Positions 1 to 9,800 of a DNA stretch of 64,000 nt are shown here, piece after piece. The stretch is from contig JARGPI010000030.1 in the NCBI GenBank assembly GCA_029213005.1, positions 3,984 through 67,983 on the forward strand. The letters run 5' to 3'. The notes under the pieces were generated by a model. It saw nothing but the letters and a program-made list of their open reading frames with translations. It was not told where the DNA came from and did no database searches. The stretch's first letter is position 1. Every line of letters starts with the position of its first letter. Source of the stretch: Verrucomicrobiales bacterium. Its GTDB lineage: Bacteria; Verrucomicrobiota; Verrucomicrobiia; Verrucomicrobiales; DEV007. A program made the position numbers and the translations under genes.

Positions 1-822
1 AATGACGTCGCCGTCGAGGTAGCTGAAAATTTCCTTATCGCCCTCGGCCCGGGTCGGCTTGCTCAACTTCTCGCCCTGGTATCCCATTTGCCTGGCCCAG
101 AGAAAAATCGATTCCTCAGCATCGAGAAAAGGGAGCTTGCCGCCTTTGGCAGGGATGACTCGCGACGGGCCTCCGTTGTAGGGCACGAGGCGATCCTCAA
201 CTCCGGAGATATTCAGAATTCGTTTACCCTTTAGCGGACTGACTTTCTTCCCGTAGTCGTTTTCCGCCCCTTTGGCTTTGAAACCCGTCCCGTCGTGCTG
301 GAAACCGTTTAACTGGCTGACTGCAGTGATGTAATTTAGAATCCGGGGATTCTTACTTTCGATCGCAATCTGATTGACCAGAGCCGCGCCGTTGGAGGAT
401 CCCATCACGCTGAAATTACCGGGATCGACGTTGTCGAACGTCGCCAGGGTTTCGATAATCTCTTCGATAAACCCGAGATCATTGGCCCGGGAACGTTCCG
501 ATATGATGTTCCAGCTTTTCTGATAACCCTGAGGAAATACGAGAATGTACGACTCCGCCATCCGGGGATGTCGGCGCAGAAATCCCATCATCGCCGCTCT
601 CGCGTTGCCGCCGTTCCCATGGAGAAATAGAAATACCGGCAGTTTCTGACCCGGTTCCGCGTTTTGCGGCAAGTTCACCAACCACAACCGATCAAAATCG
701 GTTTCCTGCGACCAACTCTGCTGCGTGAAAAATTCACCGCTTTTCAGCTCATCGCCAGTTGACCAAAACGGGATCGCCACCGTCAGGGCGATCAGATAAA
801 AGTGGATTCGGAAACCTGTCAT
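1..822 (-). CDS. Alpha/beta-hydrolase, PHB-depolymerase/LpqC-like esterase (3' end truncated by window edge; start 822 or 840)
   Basis: Hand-translated, as it is absent from the ORF track because it runs off the edge: MTGFRIHFYLIALTVAIPF (signal-like) ... LPVFLFLHGNGG ... VFPQGYQKSWN ... NDLGFIEEII ... VMGSSNGAALV (GxSxG nucleophile) ... ISGVEDRLVPYNGG; frame is open to position 1. Confidence 0.8.
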   Translation of the reverse strand, partial: MTGFRIHFYLIALTVAIPFWSTGDELKSGEFFTQQSWSQETDFDRLWLVNLPQNAEPGQKLPVFLFLHGNGGNARAAMMGFLRRHPRMAESYILVFPQGYQKSWNIISERSRANDLGFIEEIIETLATFDNVDPGNFSVMGSSNGAALVNQIAIESKNPRILNYITAVSQLNGFQHDGTGFKAKGAENDYGKKVSPLKGKRILNISGVEDRLVPYNGGPSRVIPAKGGKLPFLDAEESIFLWARQMGYQGEKLSKPTRAEGDKEIFSYLDGDVI

Positions 823-1038
823 CACCACGAATACTTCCATTTTTAGCGGATGCGCAAATCTTTCCAAATTTTTCGGGTGGAGCGGAACTGTCTAAGGTAC
901 TGATTCGCAGTGAAAGCTGCATTTTTCCCGCTTTCCGGCCCCGCTTGACTCCCGATATTTGCTTGTTTTTTACGAAGGTTAGTCCATTAACTTCGCGGAG
1001 CAGGCCTCAAGGCTATCGGAGCATTATCTCTCTATTCG

Positions 1039-2472
1039 ATGAAAACCAAGTCTGTATTACTGGCTACTTTTGTGGCGCTGCAAACCGTGTTTGGAGCGCT
1101 CCCGGCACGTACGGAGGAGGATAAATCACCCCTTGGCCCCTGGACCGGCAGTCTCGATCTGGGCGGTAATTATCTGGAAGGAAACAGCGACCTGCTGCAT
1201 CTCTACGGCGGAGCCAAAGCCGAACGGAAATGGGACGAAAAGACGCTCCAGCTTGAGCTCGATGGGGCTTACGGCAAAAATAACGGCATTCAGGATAAAA
1301 AGTGGATCAGCGGATCGACTCAGTATAACTACGATTTCAACCATCCCTTCTACGGAGGTCTCTTCGCGGACGCGCTGCACGATGAAATCGCGGACCTGCG
1401 ATATCGGGTCACAGTTTCCCCGCTGCTCGGTATTTACCTCATCAAAACAGACCGCACCACCCTCGCTTTTGAAGCCGGTCCCTCCTATATTTTCGAAGAG
1501 CAGAATGACGTCACTGACGGCTACTTTGCTTACCGGTTTGCGCAGCGCTTCGAGCACTACCTGAGCGACTGCACCAAACTATGGCAAAGTCTCGAGTATC
1601 GTCCTGAAGCGAGCGATTTCGCGAACTATCAATTGATCGGCGAAGCCGGAATTCAGAGCTGGCTTTCCAATCGGATTTCGGCCAAAGCCTTTCTCCAGAA
1701 CCGGTATGACAATGAGCCGGGCGCGGGACAGGATTTGAACGATCTGGGAGTGTATTTCGCGCTCTCCTACGGCTCGACGAAATATAGACCCGGCATCGCT
1801 AAGCCCGCTCACTCACCCAAAGATTCCGGTGACTGGAAATTCACCGGAACCGCCGGAGGCTCAATCCTCAGCGGAAATACCGAATCAAGCGTGTATAATG
1901 CGGCTTTTACCGGAGCAAAACGCTCTGACCAGGTGGAGACAGGCTTCGGACTGAGCGGTGGATATGGAAAAGAAGCCACCGCCGTTACCGCCCAGCAATT
2001 CAGTTCCCATGCCTTCCAGAACTACGACCTCGCAAATCGATGGTATATCGGGGGACGCACCGACTTCTCGCACGACCGGGTCGCTCAACTCGACTACCGG
2101 GTCGCTTCGGGGGCCACCCTCGGTTATCGCCTGATCGATAAACCGGACTGCACCAGCCTCAAACTGGAAGGTGGCCCCGGCTATATTTTTGAAAAACAAA
2201 ACGGCACCAGCAGCTACGCCTCCCTCCGGTTTGGCGAATACTTCGAACACGCTCTGAGCCCCAGTGTAAAACTTTTTCAATCCACAGAGTATCAGGCCGC
2301 TCTGGAAGATTTCGAAGACTACCTCTTGATCAATAAAGGCGGGGTCGATTTCTGTATCAGCAAAAACTGGACGTGGACAAACGCGGTTGTCCATACTTAC
2401 GACAACACTCCGGCTCCGGGGCTGGAGGAAAGCGACGTCTCCGTTCTCAGCGGCATTAAGTGGACTTTTTAG
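1039..2472 (+). CDS. Outer-membrane beta-barrel protein with two tandem DUF481 (YdiY-like) domains
   Basis: Signal peptide, then two homologous halves (WTGSLDLGGNYLEGNSD ... YDNEP / WKFTGTAGGSILSGNTE ... YDNTP), both with LEAGPSY/LEGGPGY motifs; C-terminal WTF OMP signal. Confidence 0.8.
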   Translation: MKTKSVLLATFVALQTVFGALPARTEEDKSPLGPWTGSLDLGGNYLEGNSDLLHLYGGAKAERKWDEKTLQLELDGAYGKNNGIQDKKWISGSTQYNYDFNHPFYGGLFADALHDEIADLRYRVTVSPLLGIYLIKTDRTTLAFEAGPSYIFEEQNDVTDGYFAYRFAQRFEHYLSDCTKLWQSLEYRPEASDFANYQLIGEAGIQSWLSNRISAKAFLQNRYDNEPGAGQDLNDLGVYFALSYGSTKYRPGIAKPAHSPKDSGDWKFTGTAGGSILSGNTESSVYNAAFTGAKRSDQVETGFGLSGGYGKEATAVTAQQFSSHAFQNYDLANRWYIGGRTDFSHDRVAQLDYRVASGATLGYRLIDKPDCTSLKLEGGPGYIFEKQNGTSSYASLRFGEYFEHALSPSVKLFQSTEYQAALEDFEDYLLINKGGVDFCISKNWTWTNAVVHTYDNTPAPGLEESDVSVLSGIKWTF

Positions 2473-5248
2473 TCGACGCCAAAACCTCTACGTGAGCGAC
2501 AACACTCGCGGCCAGTGCCGAAGGATCGTAGCCGCCTTCCAGTAGAGAAATCAATCTCCCCTCGCAAACCCGATCGGCCACATCTCTCGCCATCTGACTC
2601 ACGGTCGCAAATCCATCCATCGTGATTTGGAGATCTGCCATCGGGTCTTCAATCGCTGCGTCGAATCCGGCTGACACGATCAGGCACTCTGGAGAAAAGG
2701 CCTCTACCTTAACGAGGGCTTTCTCCCACGCCTCAATAAAAGGGACATCACCAGCCCCCAGAGGGAGCGGTAGATTGAGAGTCGTTCCGACCCCATCACC
2801 GGCACCGGTTTCCTCAGCCAATCCGGTATAGGGAAAAATCCCCTCCTGATGAGTTGATACATAGAAAACATCCGGCGATTCATAGAAAATGTCCTGAGTC
2901 CCATTTCCATGATGGACATCCCAATCAAGAATCGCAACACGGCCTACACCGTGCTTTTTCTGAAGGTAGCGAGTCAATACCGCAACGTGATTGAAAATAC
3001 AGAATCCCATTCCGCGGTCAGCCGTGGCGTGGTGTCCCGGAGGCCGCACCGCACAGAAAGCACGATTAACGCTGCCCGACATCACTTCATCGCCGGCCTG
3101 CAACACGCCGCCGAGCGCTTCCATCACCACATCGTAGGAATCTTCGCAAACTGCGGTGTCTCCAGTTCGGAGACAATCCCGGAATTCTTCGATATCGATC
3201 CTGACCAGATCGTGGTAGTGCGCAGTGTGAACCAGCAAAACCTCATCCACAGTCGCTTTGCGATCAGGAATGCGTTTCACATTCCCTATGGATTCCAGAG
3301 CGTCCAGAACCGCGCGGTAACGCTCCGCTGATTCCGGGTGATCTTTACCTGTCTCGTGCTTCAGTAAATTTTCCGATAGATAAATACCCAGAACCGGATC
3401 CAGCCCATCGCTCTTCAAGTCGAGGAGCTTTTCGGTATCCATCCAGAATTCGTTACTGTCTTCACCGGGAAGATTCTCTTTCCGCGCCCCGAAGTTGGCA
3501 AACAGGCGCGCCATCGGCACATTTCTCTTGAGAACGCTGGCCCAGAATTGCTTGATCCCCCGCTCCCGCGCGATCACCGCCATTTCCCGAAGTAAATATT
3601 GTGCGATACCTTTCCGCCTTGTTCTCTCATGAACCAGAAATGCAATTTCCGCAGTTGTCTCCGTCGAATCGACATAGAAGCGACCAACCGCGCGCAGATC
3701 TTCGCGAAGGTGGTTCCGATAGAAAACCCCCAGCGCCAAATCCTTTGATTGATCGACCGAAGACATGCGGTACGCAGTTTGCTCATCCAGCTTCGGCATC
3801 GCATAGCCGTAGCGAAGCCGGATCGTCTCTTCGTCCTGAGCATAGAAAAATTCCTGGAGCGATCTCATGTCACTGGGGTGCAGCGGTCGAACAACATATT
3901 GGATCCCCGAAAAATTGACCTTTTTGATTTCGATCTCATCATCGTCCGCCCGCGATTTCCCGGTGGTCGCCCCGAAAGTTTTCGGTATCCATCCCTGCCC
4001 CCGGGCACCTTCCAGCAGCGCCTCCTGAAACCGGGGATGAGCAATCTCTACTAATCGAAGCACCCGTTGACGGATACTTTGACCTACCAGGTTCGCGACG
4101 CCGAACTCCGTAACAACGTAGTGAACATCGCCACGCGAGGTGCAGACCCCGCTACCCGCCGACAGACCGGGAACAATCCGCGAAGCGCGCCCTCCGTTCC
4201 GGGTCGCGGTTAGTACAATAATGGGTCGCCCCGCCTTACTCCCTGCCGCACCGCGAATAAAGTCCTGCGTTGCCCCAATGCCCCCGTAAAAGCGGTGCCC
4301 CCTTGAATCGCGGACCACCTGACCGGTCAGATCAACCTCCCGGGCTCCATTGATGGCTACCATATTCGGATGTTTCCCGATACGATGTGGGGCATTGGCC
4401 CATTCCGAGCTATGCATTTCGATCTCCCGGTTCCCGTCGACAAAATCATATAGTTCCTGAGTTCCCAGACAATGAGTTGCTACCGTGACACCGTTCTGAT
4501 ACTCCTTTTTACGATTGGTGACGACTCCCGATTTGACGAGATCCATCATCGCATCGGTAAAACAACCGGTATGGATTCCCAAATCACGATGCCCGTGCTT
4601 CAGTGCCTCCAACACCGTCTGAGGACAGTCACCCAGACTCGCCTGAATCGTGGAACCATTGTCAATCAACTGTGCGGCGTACTCCGCGATTTTGCGATGG
4701 CGTTCACTGTGGAGTTTGGGCTCCATTGTCATCAGCGGCGTATCGAGTTCCACCGAGTAATGAATCGCGTCCATCGGAATGACGGAATCCCCGAAAGTAG
4801 TGGGAATGTGTTTGTTGATCTGCGCGACCACAGTCCGGGCATTTCGAATCGCCGAACATAGCACATCGGCACTGACTCCCAGCGAAACCATACCGTTGGC
4901 ATCGGGCGGGCTCACCTGGATCAGCGCGACATCCAGCTTGATCACCCCTTTATCAAAAAGCCGGGGGATGTCCGACATCGGACAGGGCGTATAGTCCGCG
5001 TAACCTTCATTTACCGCCTCCCACATCGTCCGGGTCAGGAAAAAGGTGTTGGTCCGGAAATGCCCTCGATACCGGGGCTCCAGCCAGGGCAGCTCTCCCA
5101 GGGTATGAATATGCATCCACTCCACGTCCTGAAATGAGTCGGCCTTTTTCAACAACTGATCGACGAGGCCGTATGGGACGCTGGCTCCACCACCCAGAAA
5201 GAGGCGGCCACCGTTCGGGAGAATTTTCTGCCAGGGAATATTCATCAT
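2456..5248 (-). CDS. Triple fusion: acetyl-CoA hydrolase/transferase-like domain + GNAT acetyltransferase + histone deacetylase-family (AcuC/HDAC) domain
   Basis: aa ~1-425: ALIQVSPPDANGMVSLGVS, AINGAREVDLTGQV, TSRGDVHYVVTEFGVANL, LVEIAHPRFQ. aa ~445-610: VRPLHPSD ... AEIAFLVHERTRRKGIA ... NVPMARLF. aa ~620-925: HPESAER, RPPGHHA, GFCIFN, LDWDVHHGNGTQ, SAGFD, LEGGY. Confidence 0.9.
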   Translation of the reverse strand: MMNIPWQKILPNGGRLFLGGGASVPYGLVDQLLKKADSFQDVEWMHIHTLGELPWLEPRYRGHFRTNTFFLTRTMWEAVNEGYADYTPCPMSDIPRLFDKGVIKLDVALIQVSPPDANGMVSLGVSADVLCSAIRNARTVVAQINKHIPTTFGDSVIPMDAIHYSVELDTPLMTMEPKLHSERHRKIAEYAAQLIDNGSTIQASLGDCPQTVLEALKHGHRDLGIHTGCFTDAMMDLVKSGVVTNRKKEYQNGVTVATHCLGTQELYDFVDGNREIEMHSSEWANAPHRIGKHPNMVAINGAREVDLTGQVVRDSRGHRFYGGIGATQDFIRGAAGSKAGRPIIVLTATRNGGRASRIVPGLSAGSGVCTSRGDVHYVVTEFGVANLVGQSIRQRVLRLVEIAHPRFQEALLEGARGQGWIPKTFGATTGKSRADDDEIEIKKVNFSGIQYVVRPLHPSDMRSLQEFFYAQDEETIRLRYGYAMPKLDEQTAYRMSSVDQSKDLALGVFYRNHLREDLRAVGRFYVDSTETTAEIAFLVHERTRRKGIAQYLLREMAVIARERGIKQFWASVLKRNVPMARLFANFGARKENLPGEDSNEFWMDTEKLLDLKSDGLDPVLGIYLSENLLKHETGKDHPESAERYRAVLDALESIGNVKRIPDRKATVDEVLLVHTAHYHDLVRIDIEEFRDCLRTGDTAVCEDSYDVVMEALGGVLQAGDEVMSGSVNRAFCAVRPPGHHATADRGMGFCIFNHVAVLTRYLQKKHGVGRVAILDWDVHHGNGTQDIFYESPDVFYVSTHQEGIFPYTGLAEETGAGDGVGTTLNLPLPLGAGDVPFIEAWEKALVKVEAFSPECLIVSAGFDAAIEDPMADLQITMDGFATVSQMARDVADRVCEGRLISLLEGGYDPSALAASVVAHVEVLASTKKST

Positions 5249-5350
5249 TACCGCTACTATCGGTCGGATGCCCCTGCCTTCAAGGAAACCCCACTGAAAA
5301 AGCGCGCCATCACGAATCCCGCTCTCCCTGTAGCAGGTGAATGATAAATG

Positions 5351-5968
5351 CTACAACTTCCTCCGGATCGCTAAAAAACCAGTCACCGCTTTCAAACCCA
5401 GAAGCAAAGTCGCGCCCCAAAGCAAATAATTGATCGTCCCCGGCCATAGAAAGACCTCCACCGCAATCCAGCCGAACACAAGAAAACGTGGCCGAAACAA
5501 CCAGGAATACGGCACCTTGATCGCATTTCGAATCATAGCGAAGGTGACGACTATGGTATAGAGAAACAGATAACATCCTCCCGGCCAGGCACCAACCATT
5601 CCGGTATACACCATTGCGATCGTGACGGCGGAAACCACGACTTGATCAGACGCCGTATCGGTAAACGAACCGCGGGCTCCATCCCGGCCCAAATAGCGAG
5701 CCAACGGCCCATCCAATCCGTCGAGCAGGACATGAAGCAATAGAAAAACCAGAGCAACGACGGGATACCCCGCGATAAAGAAAGGACAGAAAACAAGGCC
5801 ACAGAGCAGCGATAGAAAGGTGACGTGGCCGGCTCTGACCCCATTTCCTCCCAGCATTTCAAGAAGTGGACCTAACATTCGCGCCCTCAGCCTCTGTCCC
5901 CATGCCATAAACGCCCCCTCCCCTTTTGAGTAGCAATTCACAGCAAGGCGAGGTTCTTTATCGATCAT
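5351..5968 (-). CDS. CDP-alcohol phosphatidyltransferase family membrane protein (start may be ATG at 5908)
   Basis: Signature DGLDGPLARYLGRDGARGSFTDTASD (DG-x2-AR-x7-8-G-x3-D-x3-D); several hydrophobic helices. Confidence 0.9.
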   Translation of the reverse strand: MIDKEPRLAVNCYSKGEGAFMAWGQRLRARMLGPLLEMLGGNGVRAGHVTFLSLLCGLVFCPFFIAGYPVVALVFLLLHVLLDGLDGPLARYLGRDGARGSFTDTASDQVVVSAVTIAMVYTGMVGAWPGGCYLFLYTIVVTFAMIRNAIKVPYSWLFRPRFLVFGWIAVEVFLWPGTINYLLWGATLLLGLKAVTGFLAIRRKL

Positions 5969-5982
5969 AACAGAGAGCAGGT

Positions 5983-6684
5983 TTAGTAGGTAAAATGGTG
6001 TGGCGTGAAATACATTCCCCGAATCGCAGATCCGGTATTAAAGAAACGAACACCGTCCTTTTCGTATCCGTGGACCGGCATATGAGTGTGACCGAAGTAA
6101 CAATGATCAATTTCATCCCGCCAACCCGGAGCAGCATCTTCGAGATGATATTCGATCCGTCGAACCGCAACATTACCCCGAAACCATAGATGGTGTGTCA
6201 ACTCACTGAGCTTCAGAGAATCTGATAAATCGTAAAGACGAGCCTGCGACTTTCGGCTCGGTCGATCATTCTCCCACGCGGCACGAAATTTTCTGAATCC
6301 ATTCTGATCCATCGGATAACTGGCCGCATCGCCATGGAGGAACAGGTTTCGTCCCAGAAAACAGAGATGAGGATGCAAGGTGATCCCGTCCAACGCTTTC
6401 ACAGCATCAACAAAAGCCGGAATACAATCGTGATTCCCCGGAATAAAATGAATCTCGAGATGCGGATGTCTGTCCCGCAGCGATTCCAGCCAGCCGATCG
6501 CTTCCGGCACGGTTTCGGAGTGCGGCCGGATCGCCCAGCGGAAGTCGAAAATATCGCCGTTTAACACCAACGCCTGAACTTCGCGAAGCTGCCCCGCGAG
6601 GTCTTCAAAATGGTCATCGCCATCCGAGCGCCACGATAATAAATGAAGATCTGAGACCACGATTCCTTGATTCATATTCACCAA
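5983..6684 (-). CDS. Calcineurin-like metallophosphoesterase (LpxH/YbbF-like)
   Basis: Motifs SDLH, GDIFD, GNHD, HGD, GHTH in canonical order. Confidence 0.85.
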   Translation of the reverse strand: MVNMNQGIVVSDLHLLSWRSDGDDHFEDLAGQLREVQALVLNGDIFDFRWAIRPHSETVPEAIGWLESLRDRHPHLEIHFIPGNHDCIPAFVDAVKALDGITLHPHLCFLGRNLFLHGDAASYPMDQNGFRKFRAAWENDRPSRKSQARLYDLSDSLKLSELTHHLWFRGNVAVRRIEYHLEDAAPGWRDEIDHCYFGHTHMPVHGYEKDGVRFFNTGSAIRGMYFTPHHFTY

Positions 6685-6879
6685 ATTGACTTCAAAAGAC
6701 TAAAACGAATCGCCGCTCACGAAAATTGAAAAAAGTGAGCCGGGCATCGATTTGAGTGATGAAGGAAATTCACATCTTGCCCGTGATTTCTTTGGGTGAA
6801 GAGGTTTATCCGCCCTTCCCGCTAAACATTGATTCGAAACCCGCTGGAAGCCTCAACCTTTATCAGCTAGACTTCGGGA

Positions 6880-9800
6880 ATGAAGCAGGTGCTTTTTGCC
6901 TTTTTTCTGATTTATTGTGTATTAGGACAGTCCGCTGAGGTGGTTACAGTGGTGCAGGAGCCGTTTCCTGTGTTCGAATCTAAGTCCGATTTCGATACCC
7001 CGGCTTTCATCGATATTTCAGAGGATGAACAGAGACTCGTTCTCGGAACTCAACGGGAATTGCACGTCTATGACTTATCATCCCGCTGTTTACTGATCCG
7101 GGTTCCCCACCCTGCCTCGAGCTTTTTCGCAGGAGCGGCTTTGGCCCCGGAGGGCCGCAATCTCATCTTTCATCGCACTGTTCCACCCAACTACCCGAAG
7201 ATTCCGTGCCTGCTCAATATCGAATCCGGCGAGATCGAGGACCTCGAATTGGAAGAACCATTTCCCACTGAAAATTGGATCATCACTGCCGGTGAAGAAA
7301 CCGTGACTTTCAAACCCGCCACTCGCGGCAAATCGATTACCCGCCCACTGAGATCTGGATCTCCCCTGCTGTATTCAGGCCTTCCGATGGCAGATGGGTC
7401 CCGGCTCGTCTGGCACGGAGGCGACCACATTCAGTTGCGAAGTAAAAACGGCAACACCACTTCGATCAATTTGATCACCAATCCGGAACTTCGTTTCACA
7501 GCCTTTCCCGAGGTTAGCTTTTCTACGAAAAATCAGCCCGTCATTGCGACACAGGAGCGCGGTCAAATTCACGTGATCGATATCGTAACTGACGACCTAA
7601 TCGCCACTTTTCCAGGCAGTCGACCTCAAATGGACGAAAAAGGCGAGACGATTGCTTTAGTTTCACCGGGGGGATCGATAGAAATATATAACATACCTTC
7701 CGCCACCCGGACAGCCACCTATACCAGTAGTGAACCCTATCCGAAATTCTCGTTAAGCGCGAACGGATTGCGTCTCGCTATCTGGCAGAAATCGACAAAA
7801 TCGGTGCAGGACATTTCACTGTCGACCCGACAATCTCAGTCATTTGATTGGCCTTTTGCACAAGACTGGGAAGCCCCGGTTCATCTGACCTATAGCCCCG
7901 ACGGTTCACAACTGGCTATCGCTCCGAGCGGAGTGATCGACGAAGAATCTCTTCGACTCGCCAACACCGCGAGCGGTCAAATCATAGAAATCCCCGGGGC
8001 TTCCAAACCCGCCTTTGACCGGACCGGCCGCCTGTTAGCCTTCACTAAGTTTCGAGGTCGAGGCACTGGCTCCGTGAGCGTCTATGATATATCGAAAGAA
8101 GCTATCGTTTACGAATCTCCCGATTTTGATCTCGCTGGGTTTGGGCCCGACAGTTTGTCTTTCTCACCTGACTCACAAAGCATCTACATCCCGAACGGAA
8201 TCGAAGGCATCCTTCAACTAAATCTGGTTCACGATGCTGAAAAGGGTCCGAACCTCGTCTGTCAGGGCGACTACACTTTCCGAACGTTCCCTCAGTCAGG
8301 CACTCATCTCTGGGCGATTCGGGCGACTGGTGAATTAGCCCTTGTCGACCTACCATCAGGAACCGAAGCCCTTCGAGTGCTTCCCTTCAGTAACGGGCAC
8401 GTCATATCTATCAAACCCGATCATCACTACTCAGGACGCCCTGAAACGCTTGATGCAATTGCCTTCAAAAAAGGACTGCACGCCTGGCCGGTTGAGCAAT
8501 TTGACCTGGCTCTGAACCGGCCTCACGAGATCCTGGAAATTCTGGATGCGCCATCGGAACAGGTCGACTTATTTCGCAGTGCCTTTGAAAGACGGCAGCG
8601 ACGTTTCGGTTACAAATCCGAACCATTCCAATTTGGCCTCCCGGAAATTGAAATCACCAACCAAAAAGATATACCGATTGCTACCGAACAGGAATCGATC
8701 AATCTAAGTTACCGGGCAACTCCGTCCGCAGCTCCGCTAAAGCAAGTTCAGCTCTACATAAACGAAGTCCCTGTCGAGACCTTTACCCCGGATAGTGGAA
8801 CCGCATCGGCTGAACTTGAGCCCGGCTCCAACAAAATCCAGCTATCCGTGATTGATACCACCGGGGCAGAGTCACTTCGCGAGACCTTGTTTGTGAATCG
8901 TCAAACCACTGAAACGCAGCTCCCGGATCTATACCTTTTCGCTGTAGGAGTATCCAAATACAAACATGCAAATGATCTGGACGTCGCAGCCAAAGACGCT
9001 ACCGATTTAGTAAACCTACTCGCCAGAGGCGAAGGTAGTCGTTTCCGGAAAGTCCATTCACAGATCCTACTGGATGAACTGGCAACCCGTGAGAACATCC
9101 TGGAAAAAGGGCGATTTCTGGAACAGAGCAAAGTGGGAGATCAAATCATCATCTTTATAGCCGGACACGGTCTGCAGGACCGGAACTACGACTATTGGTT
9201 TGCCACCCACGATATCGATCCGGAGACTCCATCGCAGCGGGGACTAAGCTATGATGAACTGGAAGGCTTATTCCCCCCCGCCCCGGCCAGAAAACGGCTT
9301 CTCATCATGGACACCTGCTTCGCCGGCGAGGTCGACCGCGAGGATCTCGCTCTCGCTGCCGGAAAAAAAGTGCTCCCGCCCGGTGTCAGAGTCCGGGTCG
9401 TAAAAAGAAGCGGCCCCTCTGCGGAAAACATACCACTCAGTGAAACCGGACGGGTCCTCACCAACCGGTTCGCCGATTTTAGAAGACGAACCGGTGCGAC
9501 GGTACTAACCGCATCCAGCGGTATGGAATTTGTTTTTGCTCTGGAGAACGAAGCGCTGGGAAACGGAGTTTTCACCCATTCCCTGATGGAAGGAATCACA
9601 ACCGGAGAGGCTGATACCAACGATGATGGGAAAATTCAGGTCTCAGAGTGGCAACGATTCGGTATCGACCGGGTGATCGCGTTAACCGGAGGAGAGCAGC
9701 GCCCCACCGGAAGGCAGCTGAATCGCGAGTTGGACTTTGATATCGCTGATGTCGGGCCGCCCCTGCTTTTTCCCAAAGAGTGGTCAATCACTGAACAAAC

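Noticed and set aside
5983-6684. Calling the phosphoesterase lpxH
   Set aside because: It has GNHD rather than the LpxH GNRD, and there is no lipid A gene context; only the superfamily is supported
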